The notes: a model not told the origin generated them from the letters alone. Positions 45,475-55,011 are shown, counted from the first letter of the stretch. The stretch is 64,000 bases of DNA from Cytophagales bacterium Alg240-R148 (GCA_900537185.1 LS999830.1:47440-111439), one strand, 5' to 3'. Numbers and translations: made by a program.

Positions 45475-45939
45475 ATGGGACTTGAAATAGAAAGAAAATT
45501 TTTATTAAAAAATGACAACTGGAAAATAGAAGGTTTGGAGTCCGTTTTTATGCAACAGGGGTATTTGAACTCTTACAAAGAAAGAACGGTAAGGGTTAGA
45601 ATAGCAGGAGATTTGGGTTTTTTAACCATCAAAGGTAAAACTATAGGGCTAACACGAAAGGAGTTCGAATACAGTATTCCTTTAATAGATGCCCAGAGTT
45701 TGATGCAGATGTGTGAACAACCTACAATTGAGAAAACTCGTTTCATAAAAAAGGATCGGGGTAATGTTTGGGAAATAGATGTGTTTTATGGTGAAAATGA
45801 GGGATTGGTTCTAGCCGAAATTGAACTAGAAAATGAAAACCAAACCATCGATTTGCCCACATGGGTAGGAAAAGAAGTATCCTCTGACCCCAAATACTTT
45901 AATGCTTCCTTAATTGCAAATCCTTATAAAAACTGGTAA
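45475..45939 (+). CDS. CYTH-domain protein (CyaB/ThTPase-like triphosphate tunnel metalloenzyme)
   Basis: N-terminal 'LEIERKFLL' (ExExK signature). 154 aa with a beta-rich pattern. Confidence 0.7.
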   Translation: MGLEIERKFLLKNDNWKIEGLESVFMQQGYLNSYKERTVRVRIAGDLGFLTIKGKTIGLTRKEFEYSIPLIDAQSLMQMCEQPTIEKTRFIKKDRGNVWEIDVFYGENEGLVLAEIELENENQTIDLPTWVGKEVSSDPKYFNASLIANPYKNW

Positions 45940-45979
45940 GGTAAGTTGTTTGGATTGTTTTAAAATTAAATACAAGCCT

Positions 45980-47164
45980 ATGTTCTATAAATTATTTGCA
46001 TTGGTGGCGGTGATGCTGTTTAATAAAACTGCTTTTGCTCAAAAACAATCTTCGATAAACGCAGTTGGCACGCAAGTGAAATTCACTTCAGAAGTGCTTG
46101 AAGACGAAAGAATGTTTACCGTTTATTTGCCTTCAGAATATGAAGCAACAGATAAAAGATACCCAGTTTTGGTTGTATTGGACGGTCAACGGTACTTTTT
46201 ACACGGCGTTAGTTTACAAAAGTCATTTGTCGAATTGAAACAAACACCTCCCTTTATAGTGGTAGGGATTCCAAAAAAGGATGGCGACCGCAACCGTTAT
46301 TACAGCAGCCATCGGGCCCAATACCAAGAATATTTGGAAAAAGAAGTGCTTCAATGGGTGGATGCGCATTACAGGACCTCAGAAAAACGATTGCTTTTTG
46401 GTTGGGCGTATGCTGGCGGATTTGCGCTAGAAACCATGATGGAAAAGCCAAGTTTATTTAATGCTTTCATAACCTCAAGTCCTTTTCCTGTATACAGTAA
46501 ACTTTATAAGTTGGATAGTTTTTTTATGGAAAAAAAGGCCTTCAATAAAATGTTGTTTTTTACTTGCGGTACAGAAGAAGGAATGGTTAAAGAAGGTGCC
46601 ATTCAACTGGACTCTTTGTTAACGAATAGTGCACCAGAATTATTCGATTGGAAATATAAATTACTGGAAGGAGAGCAGCACAGGTCTACGCCATTTACCA
46701 GCATGTACCATGGTTTAACCCACTATTTTAAATACTACCCAGAATTACAATTCAGTAGTTTAGAAGCTTATAAGATGGCAGGAGAAATGCCAAATGTTCT
46801 AGCGTATTATAAAAAGCGGTCGGAGCAATTTGGTTTTTCCCCAGAACCAACAGTCTGGACAAAATTTACCTTAGTCAGAAATGCTATGAGGGCCAATGAT
46901 TTTGAGCAATTTGAATCTTTTATGAATGACTTTGAACAGTCCAATTGGTTGGTTGAGTTGAGAGTAAATAGAGGGTGTTCAGTTGCTCAGTTTTATTCCG
47001 AAAATGGGGCTGATGAACAGGCTATCCTGTGTTATGAGCAAATTGCAAAAATCCATAAAGAATCCAGCTTGCCATTTGAAGGCCTTTCTAGGGTTTACAA
47101 GAAACTTAATAAAACACAAAAAGCGAATGAATTTGCAAGAAAAGCGCAAGAACTACAAAACTAA
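45980..47164 (+). CDS. secreted alpha/beta-hydrolase ('putative esterase'/enterochelin-esterase-like) with a C-terminal TPR-like region
   Basis: Signal peptide from the internal Met MFYKLFALVAVMLF. Nucleophile elbow 'GWAYAGG'. Confidence 0.5.
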   Translation: MFYKLFALVAVMLFNKTAFAQKQSSINAVGTQVKFTSEVLEDERMFTVYLPSEYEATDKRYPVLVVLDGQRYFLHGVSLQKSFVELKQTPPFIVVGIPKKDGDRNRYYSSHRAQYQEYLEKEVLQWVDAHYRTSEKRLLFGWAYAGGFALETMMEKPSLFNAFITSSPFPVYSKLYKLDSFFMEKKAFNKMLFFTCGTEEGMVKEGAIQLDSLLTNSAPELFDWKYKLLEGEQHRSTPFTSMYHGLTHYFKYYPELQFSSLEAYKMAGEMPNVLAYYKKRSEQFGFSPEPTVWTKFTLVRNAMRANDFEQFESFMNDFEQSNWLVELRVNRGCSVAQFYSENGADEQAILCYEQIAKIHKESSLPFEGLSRVYKKLNKTQKANEFARKAQELQN

Positions 47165-47170
47165 AATGGT

Positions 47171-48150
47171 ATGAAGGTATTTCTTGATAAGCTTTTTTTG
47201 GCCGCACAATATACCTGTCTTGTGTTTCTTTTGTGTTTTATTTGGGTACTCCCAAAAGCAATGGGGCAAAGTAAGGTAACACTCCATACCGCAGTAGAAA
47301 TAGGAGGCATTCAACAATGGGTAGGAGCCGTTGGAAAGGACCAAGGCTGGCCTTTGTTGCTGTTTTTGCATGGTGGTCCGGGATTTTCATCCAGGAATTA
47401 CTCCAAGAAGTTTATTAAATACCTACAGGACGATTTTATAGTTGCCCAATGGGACCAAAGAGAAACTGGTATTACAGCACATTGGGGCCCCTACCAAGAC
47501 AGCTTAACATTGGACTTATTTTATCAAGACACTGAAGAAGTAATTGCCTATTTATTAAATAAGTATTCTAAAAACAAACTCTATTTGGTGGGCTTTTCAT
47601 GGGGTGGCCTTCTAGGTTTTAACTATGCGCAGAAACATCCAGAAAATATCCATGCCTATGTGGCAGTAAGTAGTATGGTACACAACAAGGCAAGTGAATT
47701 GTTAACCAGAGACTGGTTAATAGAAAGGGCCCAAAGTGAAAACAACAGGGAGGCGCTAGAGGCATTGGAGACGACCATATTTCCATACCAATCTTGGGAG
47801 GGGTTGTACCAGCAGCGAAAATGGATGCATCAATTGCTGCTTCAAGGTACTTCGAAAAAAGAGTATCCAAAAAATTGTTTCAATCTTGGTCAGAAAAATG
47901 GATGGCTCTGTATTTAGAAGCCTCGATAGTGGACCTAAATATAGAAGTCCCAGAGTTGAATTGCCCCGTATATTTCTTTTTGAGTACCAGCGATTATGTG
48001 GCCAATTATCAAGTTGCTGAGCAATATTTCAACCACTTACAAGCAGAACATAAAAAGCTGGTATGGTTTGAGGAGTCCACACATGAAATCCCCTCTCAAG
48101 AACCTAGAAAGTTTGCGAAGGAACTGTTGCAATTATTATTAACCGATTAA
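47171..48150 (+). pseudogene. alpha/beta-hydrolase (proline iminopeptidase-like) split into two overlapping frames, 47171-47917 and 47794-48150. It is either a frameshifted pseudogene or a sequencing error.
   Basis: 'LLFLHGGPGFSSRNY' and nucleophile 'GFSWGG' are in the first ORF. The C-terminal catalytic-His region ('WFEESTHEIP') is in a second ORF in another frame. Several A5-6 homopolymers lie in the overlap. Confidence 0.5.
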
Positions 48151-48284
48151 GTATGGCCTTTTTTTTGTAGTCTGAGATACAAAAAAGTCGTCAAAAATAG
48201 GTACAAAGTGATTTGTCTTATAATTGTCGGCCTAATTACGCTAGCCAGAACTTATAATAATGCTTAATTGGAAATAAAAAGAAT

Positions 48285-48854
48285 ATGAAACTTATTGGAG
48301 AGATTATAGTTGCAGAACGAAAGTCCAGGGGATGGACACAAGAACATTTAGCAGAATTGAGCCAACTAAATTTAAGAACCATACAACGAATAGAAAACAA
48401 TAAAAATACGCCAAGAGGAAGTACATTAAAAATGTTATGTGCTGTCCTAAGTTTGGAATATTCAAGTTTTAAAGAAACAGATAAATATCCTTCAATTATT
48501 GCAACAGCAAACAAAGTGGTTGTCGGGGTGTTTTTATTGTTGGGTAATCTAGCAATCATGGGTGTTTTTGGGTACTTGACATTGGATTCTGCAGCTAATA
48601 CGCACAGTAGATTTGCCGCAGTATTATTGAGTTTTTTTATCCCTTTGTTTATCACACAACTTACCTTTCAACTAACCAGACTGGAGCGGATGCTGAAATT
48701 TGGGATGGGTATGTTCTGTTATGTAATAATGGTAATTGTTTTTAACAGCTTTGTAAACGGCTTTGTAAGTGGGCTTTTTGTATGTGCACTAATTCATTTG
48801 ACTATTTTATACTTTGGACCGATTGTTTTTTGCAAAAGAGATAGCGTGCCATAA
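48285..48854 (+). CDS. membrane-anchored XRE-family HTH regulator (N-terminal HTH plus 4 C-terminal TM helices)
   Basis: 'RKSRGWTQEHLAELSQLNLRTIQRIENNKNTP' is an HTH_XRE. Hydrophobic helices follow. Confidence 0.6.
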   Translation: MKLIGEIIVAERKSRGWTQEHLAELSQLNLRTIQRIENNKNTPRGSTLKMLCAVLSLEYSSFKETDKYPSIIATANKVVVGVFLLLGNLAIMGVFGYLTLDSAANTHSRFAAVLLSFFIPLFITQLTFQLTRLERMLKFGMGMFCYVIMVIVFNSFVNGFVSGLFVCALIHLTILYFGPIVFCKRDSVP

Positions 48855-48913
48855 TTTATATTGCGACATTGCCAATTAGTTTGGAGTGATAATCAATTAT
48901 TTAAGCAAAACAT

Positions 48914-49363
48914 ATGCAGTTCAGGGCAATTGACAAAAAGGATTTGGAACTAGTAGCGAATTTATTGGATGGCTACAGAGTGTATTACAAAAAAGACTCA
49001 GATTATGAAGGTGCTAAGGCTTTTTTAAGCCAGCGCATACAACAGCAAGATTCCAAAATCTACGTTGCGGAAACTAAACCGGGCACCCTTGCAGGTTTTG
49101 TCCAATTGTACCCTTTGTTTTCTTCTACTAGAATGAAGAAACTGTGGTTGTTAAACGATTTGTTTGTAGCGCCAGCATTCAGAGGGCAAAGAGTTTCTGT
49201 TGGCCTAATAAATAAGGCCAAAGAGTTGGTACAAACTTCGGGGGCATGTGGGATGTTTTTAGAAACCGAAAAAACCAATAAAATTGGGAACTCTCTGTAT
49301 CCAAGTGTAGGGTTTGAATTGAACGAAGGTTCAAATTTTTACGAATGGAACAACCCGTCATGA
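48914..49363 (+). CDS. GNAT-family N-acetyltransferase
   Basis: 'VAPAFRGQRVSVGLINKA' matches the motif A (Q/RxxGxG/A) region. 149 aa. Confidence 0.6.
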   Translation: MQFRAIDKKDLELVANLLDGYRVYYKKDSDYEGAKAFLSQRIQQQDSKIYVAETKPGTLAGFVQLYPLFSSTRMKKLWLLNDLFVAPAFRGQRVSVGLINKAKELVQTSGACGMFLETEKTNKIGNSLYPSVGFELNEGSNFYEWNNPS

Positions 49364-49728
49364 CAGCCAACAACGACGATTTTTATTTATCCAAATCAGA
49401 ACCCAACAAAAGTTGTTTGTTGGCGCTGAAAACCATAATTTTAAACCAAGGAGAAGAGGTGTCGGAAACAAAGAAGTATGGAATGCCTTGTTTTTGTTAC
49501 CGGAATAAAATGTTTTGTTACCTATGGGTAGATAAGAAAACCGATGAACCTTATATATTATTTGTGGAAGGCAACCACCTGGAACACCCATTGTTAGAAG
49601 GTGGTAGTAGGTCCAGAATGAAGATTCTGAGAATAGAGGCAGCCGATGACTTGCCATTAGAATTAATAAATGAATTATTGGCCTTGGCTTTGGGCTTGTA
49701 CAGGTCGGGTAAGATCAAAACAAAGTAA
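49345..49728 (+). CDS. DUF1801 (YdhG-like) domain protein
   Basis: 127 aa. The pattern 'KKYGMPCFCYRNKMFCYLW' is typical of the YdhG/DUF1801 family. By recall. Confidence 0.4.
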   Translation: MEQPVMTANNDDFYLSKSEPNKSCLLALKTIILNQGEEVSETKKYGMPCFCYRNKMFCYLWVDKKTDEPYILFVEGNHLEHPLLEGGSRSRMKILRIEAADDLPLELINELLALALGLYRSGKIKTK

Positions 49729-49783
49729 ACAATATGTTTCTTTGGAATAAAAGTAGTTCACTCCGTTTTAATTTTTTGCGCAT

Positions 49784-50353
49784 ATGTCTAGGAATCCAAG
49801 CTTTAGAATAATTGTTATGGCAGGAATGGTTGGTGTTGTGTGGGCTTTTAATACCATGTCTGGGTGGGTGCCATACAAAGACGAAGAAGCAGGGTACGCA
49901 CTACAATTTCCAGGAGAACCAACCGAATCTTATTATAGTGATTCTTCAACGGTGGACGCTTCAAAAATGAAATTTGTATACTATGATGCATCCAATAATG
50001 CTGCGGATAGCAATTTGTATTATATGGGCGTATATAAAAAATTACCAGCTGGTATTAGAGGCACCAGCCACCCAGATCGGCTTAAAGGTTATTTCAATGC
50101 AGCGGTTGAAGGAGCAGCAAATAATGTGAATGGTGTGTTGGTTACCCAGAAGAAAATAGGCTACCTGGGCCATCCAGGGCGAGATTTTAAAATTCTTCTA
50201 CCTGGGGGTGCCCAAACCATTAGCATGCGGTTTATCTTAGTAAAAGATAGGTCTTATTTGTTGCAAGTAATAGCAAAAACAGAATACCAAAACAACCAAC
50301 ACATCCGTCGTTTTATGGGTTCATTGGTTTTATTAGACCAACTAGATCCTTAA
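49784..50353 (+). CDS. secreted hypothetical protein
   Basis: N-terminal hydrophobic segment. No recognisable motifs. Confidence 0.35.
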   Translation: MSRNPSFRIIVMAGMVGVVWAFNTMSGWVPYKDEEAGYALQFPGEPTESYYSDSSTVDASKMKFVYYDASNNAADSNLYYMGVYKKLPAGIRGTSHPDRLKGYFNAAVEGAANNVNGVLVTQKKIGYLGHPGRDFKILLPGGAQTISMRFILVKDRSYLLQVIAKTEYQNNQHIRRFMGSLVLLDQLDP

Positions 50354-50385
50354 TTTAAAGGAGCGTAAATTAGAGTAGTATAAGA

Positions 50386-51093
50386 ATGAAGGATAAAATA
50401 TTGGCAGCATACGAAACCATGGCCGCAAGTTACCATGCCAAAATTGATCATAAACCGCACAATGCTTATTATGATAGACCCAATACGCTCGCTTTGTTGG
50501 GAAACCCCGAAGGGCTTACTATTTTAGATGCAGCCTGTGGGCCGGGTAAGTATGCCGAGATTTTAATAAAACAAGGTGCCCAAGTAAGAGGTTTTGATTT
50601 AAGCCCAAAAATGGTTGGGTATGCCCAAGAAAGAAACCAGAACAACGCGACCTTTTACGTGCAGGATTTTTCTAAACCATTAGTGAAAGAAAAAGACAGT
50701 GCATACGATGTGGTGCTTTGTGCCTTGGCTTTGCACTACCTAGAGGATTGGCAATTAACTGTTCAAGAGTTTAATAGGGTTTTAAAAAAAGGAGGAATTT
50801 TGGTGGTTTCTATTGAACATCCTTTTTTCGAATACAACTATTTTCAATCAGAGCATTACTTTAGAACAGAAGCAGTTCAATGTACTTGGAAGGGATTTGA
50901 TAAACCGGTGGAAGTACATAGTTATAGACGTTCTTTAGGCAGTTGCATAGAGCCATTTACCAACAATGGATTTTATGTGGACCAGTTGGTTGAGCCCAAA
51001 CCTGTAAAGGAGTTTGAATCGTTGGATCCCAAGCATTTTAAAGAACTAAATGAGTTCCCGGCTTTTTTGTGTATAAAAGCAGTTAAAAAATAG
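50386..51093 (+). CDS. class I SAM-dependent methyltransferase
   Basis: Motif I 'ILDAACGPGKY'. Acidic loop 'RGFDLS'. Confidence 0.7.
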   Translation: MKDKILAAYETMAASYHAKIDHKPHNAYYDRPNTLALLGNPEGLTILDAACGPGKYAEILIKQGAQVRGFDLSPKMVGYAQERNQNNATFYVQDFSKPLVKEKDSAYDVVLCALALHYLEDWQLTVQEFNRVLKKGGILVVSIEHPFFEYNYFQSEHYFRTEAVQCTWKGFDKPVEVHSYRRSLGSCIEPFTNNGFYVDQLVEPKPVKEFESLDPKHFKELNEFPAFLCIKAVKK

Positions 51094-51123
51094 ATGTTTA
51101 TTATTAAGAAACCTTAATTTAAG

Positions 51124-51543
51124 TTGTTTATGAGTGTTTTTCATTATGCATTTAAAGTAAAAGATATACCATCCACCCGTAAGTTTTATATAGACATGTT
51201 AGGGTGCAAGGAAGGCCGGTCTACTGAACACTGGTTGGACTTTAATTTTTTTGGCAATCAATTGTCGGCCCATCTAAGCGAAAGTTTGCCTACCTTGGAT
51301 TATTGTGGCGATGTAGATGGGATTCAAGTGCCCATACCACATTTTGGTTGTTTGGTGTCCGTTGCTGAATTTGAACAATTGAACCGAACAATGGAAGCCA
51401 ATTCTATCGAGTTTATTGTAAAACCACAGCAGCGGTACGAGGGCAAAATTGGTGAACAACGCACCATGTTTGTTTTGGATTACAGTGGAAACCCCATCGA
51501 ATTCAAAGCCTTTTCAAGAGAAAATGAGGTGTTTGATTCTTAA
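51124..51543 (+). CDS. VOC (glyoxalase/bleomycin-resistance/dioxygenase) family protein
   Basis: 139 aa. Beta-alpha-beta(3) pattern with 'HYAFKVKDIPSTRKFY'. Confidence 0.5.
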   Translation: MFMSVFHYAFKVKDIPSTRKFYIDMLGCKEGRSTEHWLDFNFFGNQLSAHLSESLPTLDYCGDVDGIQVPIPHFGCLVSVAEFEQLNRTMEANSIEFIVKPQQRYEGKIGEQRTMFVLDYSGNPIEFKAFSRENEVFDS

Positions 51544-51571
51544 TCCACCCAATTAAAAAAAATAAAAACAA

Positions 51572-52336
51572 ATGAATTCAAATATTGCAGTTCTAATTGA
51601 CGGAGATAACATCCCATCTGCTCCAGTAAAAGAAATGATGGAAGAAATTGCCAAGTATGGAAATCCTACCATAAAGCGAATTTATGGGGACTGGACCAAT
51701 CCTCATTTGTCGAAATGGAAAAACCTGTTGCTTCAAAATGCCATTACCCCAATTCAACAATATGCCTATACGACGGGAAAAAACGCAACGGATTCGGCCA
51801 TGATTATTGATGCCATGGACATCTTGTACTCAGAAAAGGTCAATGGTTTTTGTTTGGTATCGAGTGACAGCGATTTCACAAAATTGGCTACCAGACTTAG
51901 AGAAGCAGGGATGCAGGTAATCGGAATAGGAGAGAAAAAGACGCCAACGCCTTTTATTGTGGCATGTGATAAGTTCATCTACATCGAAATTTTGAGCAAA
52001 CAAAACAGTAAAAAGGAGGATGTCAGCATCGAAGATACGGCAGAGGAGAGCATAGAAAAGATTACCCCAAAAGTTATCAAGCTATTGTCTACCACTATTT
52101 CGGATTCTTCTGATGAAGATGGTTGGGCTTTTCTTGGAGATGTAGGCAGTTTACTTCAGAAAAAACAACCTAATTTTGATTCAAGAAATTATGGTTTTGA
52201 AAAACTGACCCCATTAATAAAATCAATTGGCAGATTTGAAGTGGAGCAGCGAGAAAACGCCAAGAGTAAAAACAAACTGATTTTCGTGAAAAATAAAGAG
52301 AAACTTTTGAGCAAAGCAAAGAAATCGAAATTATAA
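51572..52336 (+). CDS. NYN-domain (LabA-like, PIN-related) protein with a C-terminal OST-HTH/LOTUS domain
   Basis: N-terminus 'IAVLIDGDNI...KRIYGDW...FCLVSSDSDFTKLA' (the conserved Asp residues of NYN). C-terminus 'DEDGWAFLGDVGSLLQKKQPNFDSRNYGFEKLTPLIKSIGRFEV' is an OST-HTH-like motif. Confidence 0.65.
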   Translation: MNSNIAVLIDGDNIPSAPVKEMMEEIAKYGNPTIKRIYGDWTNPHLSKWKNLLLQNAITPIQQYAYTTGKNATDSAMIIDAMDILYSEKVNGFCLVSSDSDFTKLATRLREAGMQVIGIGEKKTPTPFIVACDKFIYIEILSKQNSKKEDVSIEDTAEESIEKITPKVIKLLSTTISDSSDEDGWAFLGDVGSLLQKKQPNFDSRNYGFEKLTPLIKSIGRFEVEQRENAKSKNKLIFVKNKEKLLSKAKKSKL

Positions 52337-52516
52337 AACAAGCACAAAAAAGGCCATACCCAACCATGAACCGTCTGATTTATATCCTATTTTTCTTTTA
52401 ATTGGTTTGGCTATGCCCAAGAACCACTAGATATAAGCTAGTCAATATTTTATTTATTTAATCCTTTGGTATAAATTGCTGGTCTTTTAAAATCTGTGCT
52501 TAATTTTTAAAAACGA

Positions 52517-53362
52517 ATGAAATTAACTTACACAATATTATTGGCCCATCTCTCTTGGATCACAGGGGTTATACAAGCGCAAAATAAAACAATTGTGGTG
52601 CCTGGCAATACCATCCAATTGGAGGTCAAAACCAGTTGGACAGTGGAGTCAGAAGAGGAGAGTGTTCTAATTAATATGCACCCAATAAAAGGAAATATAA
52701 ATGTGTTAGAACTCATTTCTTATGGACCAACATTGGAAGATAACTATTTGGTATATGCTGAAAAAGTTATTCCAAATGCATTGGAAAATGTAAAGGAAAT
52801 TGAAAAAGGTTCTTCAATAATTAATGGTAGAAAATATTTATGGCTTATTTTCGACAGTACCAATCAAGGTATAAACTTAAGGCAATGGTTTATAATTTCC
52901 AGTTTCGATAACCAATTTTATTCTTTTTTGTTCACTACTTCCAGAAAGAAATTTGAAGGTGCTCAGGACGAAGTTTTAAAATTACTTCAATCGGTTCAAT
53001 TGGTCGACGCAAAAAAAGGAATAACAGGAGCAGACCCGTTGTTATCTAAATTATTTAACAAAAAATGGACATTGTCCTCCGCTACTGAAGAAGGGTTGCC
53101 ATTGACAGACAGGGCTCTATACAAACATTATTTTTACATAGGGGATGATGGAAAAATTAAATTTTATTATAAGACAGGAGAGTTGATGTTGTCGGGCAAC
53201 TATACTTATGACTCCGTTTCAAAAACATTGAGATACAGAAGAGAAACAAGGGAGGAAATAATGAAAATAGTTTCGGTTTCTGAGTCTCTTTTAAAACTAG
53301 AAGGGTTGGATTATTTGAAAACTTCATGCAACAGGACCTACAAAGGAACCCCGGAAAAATAG
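52517..53362 (+). CDS. secreted hypothetical protein
   Basis: Signal peptide (LLAHLSWITGVIQAQ). No motifs. Confidence 0.35.
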   Translation: MKLTYTILLAHLSWITGVIQAQNKTIVVPGNTIQLEVKTSWTVESEEESVLINMHPIKGNINVLELISYGPTLEDNYLVYAEKVIPNALENVKEIEKGSSIINGRKYLWLIFDSTNQGINLRQWFIISSFDNQFYSFLFTTSRKKFEGAQDEVLKLLQSVQLVDAKKGITGADPLLSKLFNKKWTLSSATEEGLPLTDRALYKHYFYIGDDGKIKFYYKTGELMLSGNYTYDSVSKTLRYRRETREEIMKIVSVSESLLKLEGLDYLKTSCNRTYKGTPEK

Positions 53363-54063
53363 ACCATTTAACACCCTATAGAGCGATTAATTTCTGCGAA
53401 GCTTGTAAACACCAGAAAAAGACAGCGCAAGGGCCATTGTGTCAAAGAGATGGGCTTCCACCTAACTTCGATGATTCTTGTGATCATTTTCAACTTAAGG
53501 AAGGCATTAATTTGCATGCCATAAAAACGACATTAGAAAAAAAATTAATGCATAAGGCCAATTATGGAGGGGATTCTGGGCGCTACTTTCCACTTTTAGA
53601 CCTTGCTTATTCGGGTAATGAGGACATTTCAGACCCCAATGGGCAGGTTAGTTTGGACCATAAAGGTGTTTTTAAAATCACAAGAATAGTGCTTGTGGGA
53701 TTTCCCATTGCAGTACTATCTGGCCTAATATTTAGGAACGAAGAAGGCTTTCAAGTGGAGTGGTTATTTTTGTTATTGGCTTCCCTGTCATTGTTTTTTT
53801 TAACTAGAAAAGAATTAAAGAGTAAGGACCGGAACAGTGTGAACCGACAAGGGCTAATTTTGGATCAAACTGTTTATTCTTGGAAGGCCATAGAGGGGGT
53901 GTATTTTCTAGGTTCAGATGAATACAACAGTGAAATTATCATATTGTTACAATCAGGAATTAAATACCACCACGACGTTCATGATGTTACTTATATAAGT
54001 ACGAATAGATTAAAACGCCTTATTAATTCCTATAGAAGAATTGGTATAAATGATCTGTATTAA
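53326..54063 (+). CDS. hypothetical protein with an N-terminal Cys4 zinc-ribbon-like motif and two TM helices
   Basis: 'CEACKH...CQRDG...CDH' near the N-terminus, with hydrophobic spans mid-protein. The start is uncertain; an internal Met at 53548 is also possible. Confidence 0.3.
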   Translation: MQQDLQRNPGKIDHLTPYRAINFCEACKHQKKTAQGPLCQRDGLPPNFDDSCDHFQLKEGINLHAIKTTLEKKLMHKANYGGDSGRYFPLLDLAYSGNEDISDPNGQVSLDHKGVFKITRIVLVGFPIAVLSGLIFRNEEGFQVEWLFLLLASLSLFFLTRKELKSKDRNSVNRQGLILDQTVYSWKAIEGVYFLGSDEYNSEIIILLQSGIKYHHDVHDVTYISTNRLKRLINSYRRIGINDLY

Positions 54064-54165
54064 AGCGATTTGGTGGTAGGTAGTGGTCTTTGTTATGCCT
54101 TAGATTGTTATATTTGTTGCTTATTAATATTGGCCGTTTATAATTTTTAACACCCGTCGTTTTTT

Positions 54166-55011
54166 ATGTTCCAAAACCAAGACGTTGCAGATTATTACAA
54201 TACCACACAAAACCACTATGAAAAATGGTGGAACCTTAAAAGGAACCTCTCTTTGCATTATGGTATTTGGGATGAAAACACTCGTACTTTTGCAGAAGCC
54301 CTTGCCAATACCAACAAAATCATGATGGAACAGGCAAAAATTTCTGCAAAAGACCATGTCTTAGATGCAGGTTGTGGGGTAGGTGGCGCTGCATTTTATG
54401 TGCACCAATACTCCAAAGCGCAAGTAACAGGTATATCGCTGAGTACCAAACAAGTGGACTTGGCTACCCAATTGGCACAATCAAAAAAGATAGCCAACCA
54501 AGTGGTATTTGAAATAATGGATTACACCAAAACTTCTTTTGAGGCCGGCTCTTTTGACGTTATTTGGGCCTGCGAAAGTGTATGCCATGCCAATAATAAA
54601 ACGGATTTTATAAAAGAAAGCTACCGGCTGTTAAAAAAAGGCGGGCGTTTGGTTCTGTGTGATTTTTTTAAAACAGAGGGCGATCAAAAAGATGGTAACA
54701 ATTGGATGAGAAAATGGAAGGATACATGGGCCATTGATGATTTTGCATCTATCCAATATTTTAAGGAATCCTTAATTAATGGTGGGTATGGAGCTATTGA
54801 GTCTGTTGATTTTACTTCCAATGTATCCAAAAGTGCCCGTCGGATGTTCGTTTCAGGATGGTTGGGTGCCTTGCCATCAGAATTGTACAATTTGTTTCAC
54901 CCGAAGGTTTCCACTTTTGCAAAAAACCACTATAAATGTGGTATATACCAGTACAAAGCCCTCCAAGAAGGGTTGTGGACATACCAGATGGTGTCCGCTG
55001 TGAAAGAGTAA
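54166..55011 (+). CDS. class I SAM-dependent methyltransferase (CFA-synthase/ubiE-like)
   Basis: Motif I 'VLDAGCGVGGAAFYV', post-I 'GISLS', and motif II/III regions. Confidence 0.7.
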   Translation: MFQNQDVADYYNTTQNHYEKWWNLKRNLSLHYGIWDENTRTFAEALANTNKIMMEQAKISAKDHVLDAGCGVGGAAFYVHQYSKAQVTGISLSTKQVDLATQLAQSKKIANQVVFEIMDYTKTSFEAGSFDVIWACESVCHANNKTDFIKESYRLLKKGGRLVLCDFFKTEGDQKDGNNWMRKWKDTWAIDDFASIQYFKESLINGGYGAIESVDFTSNVSKSARRMFVSGWLGALPSELYNLFHPKVSTFAKNHYKCGIYQYKALQEGLWTYQMVSAVKE

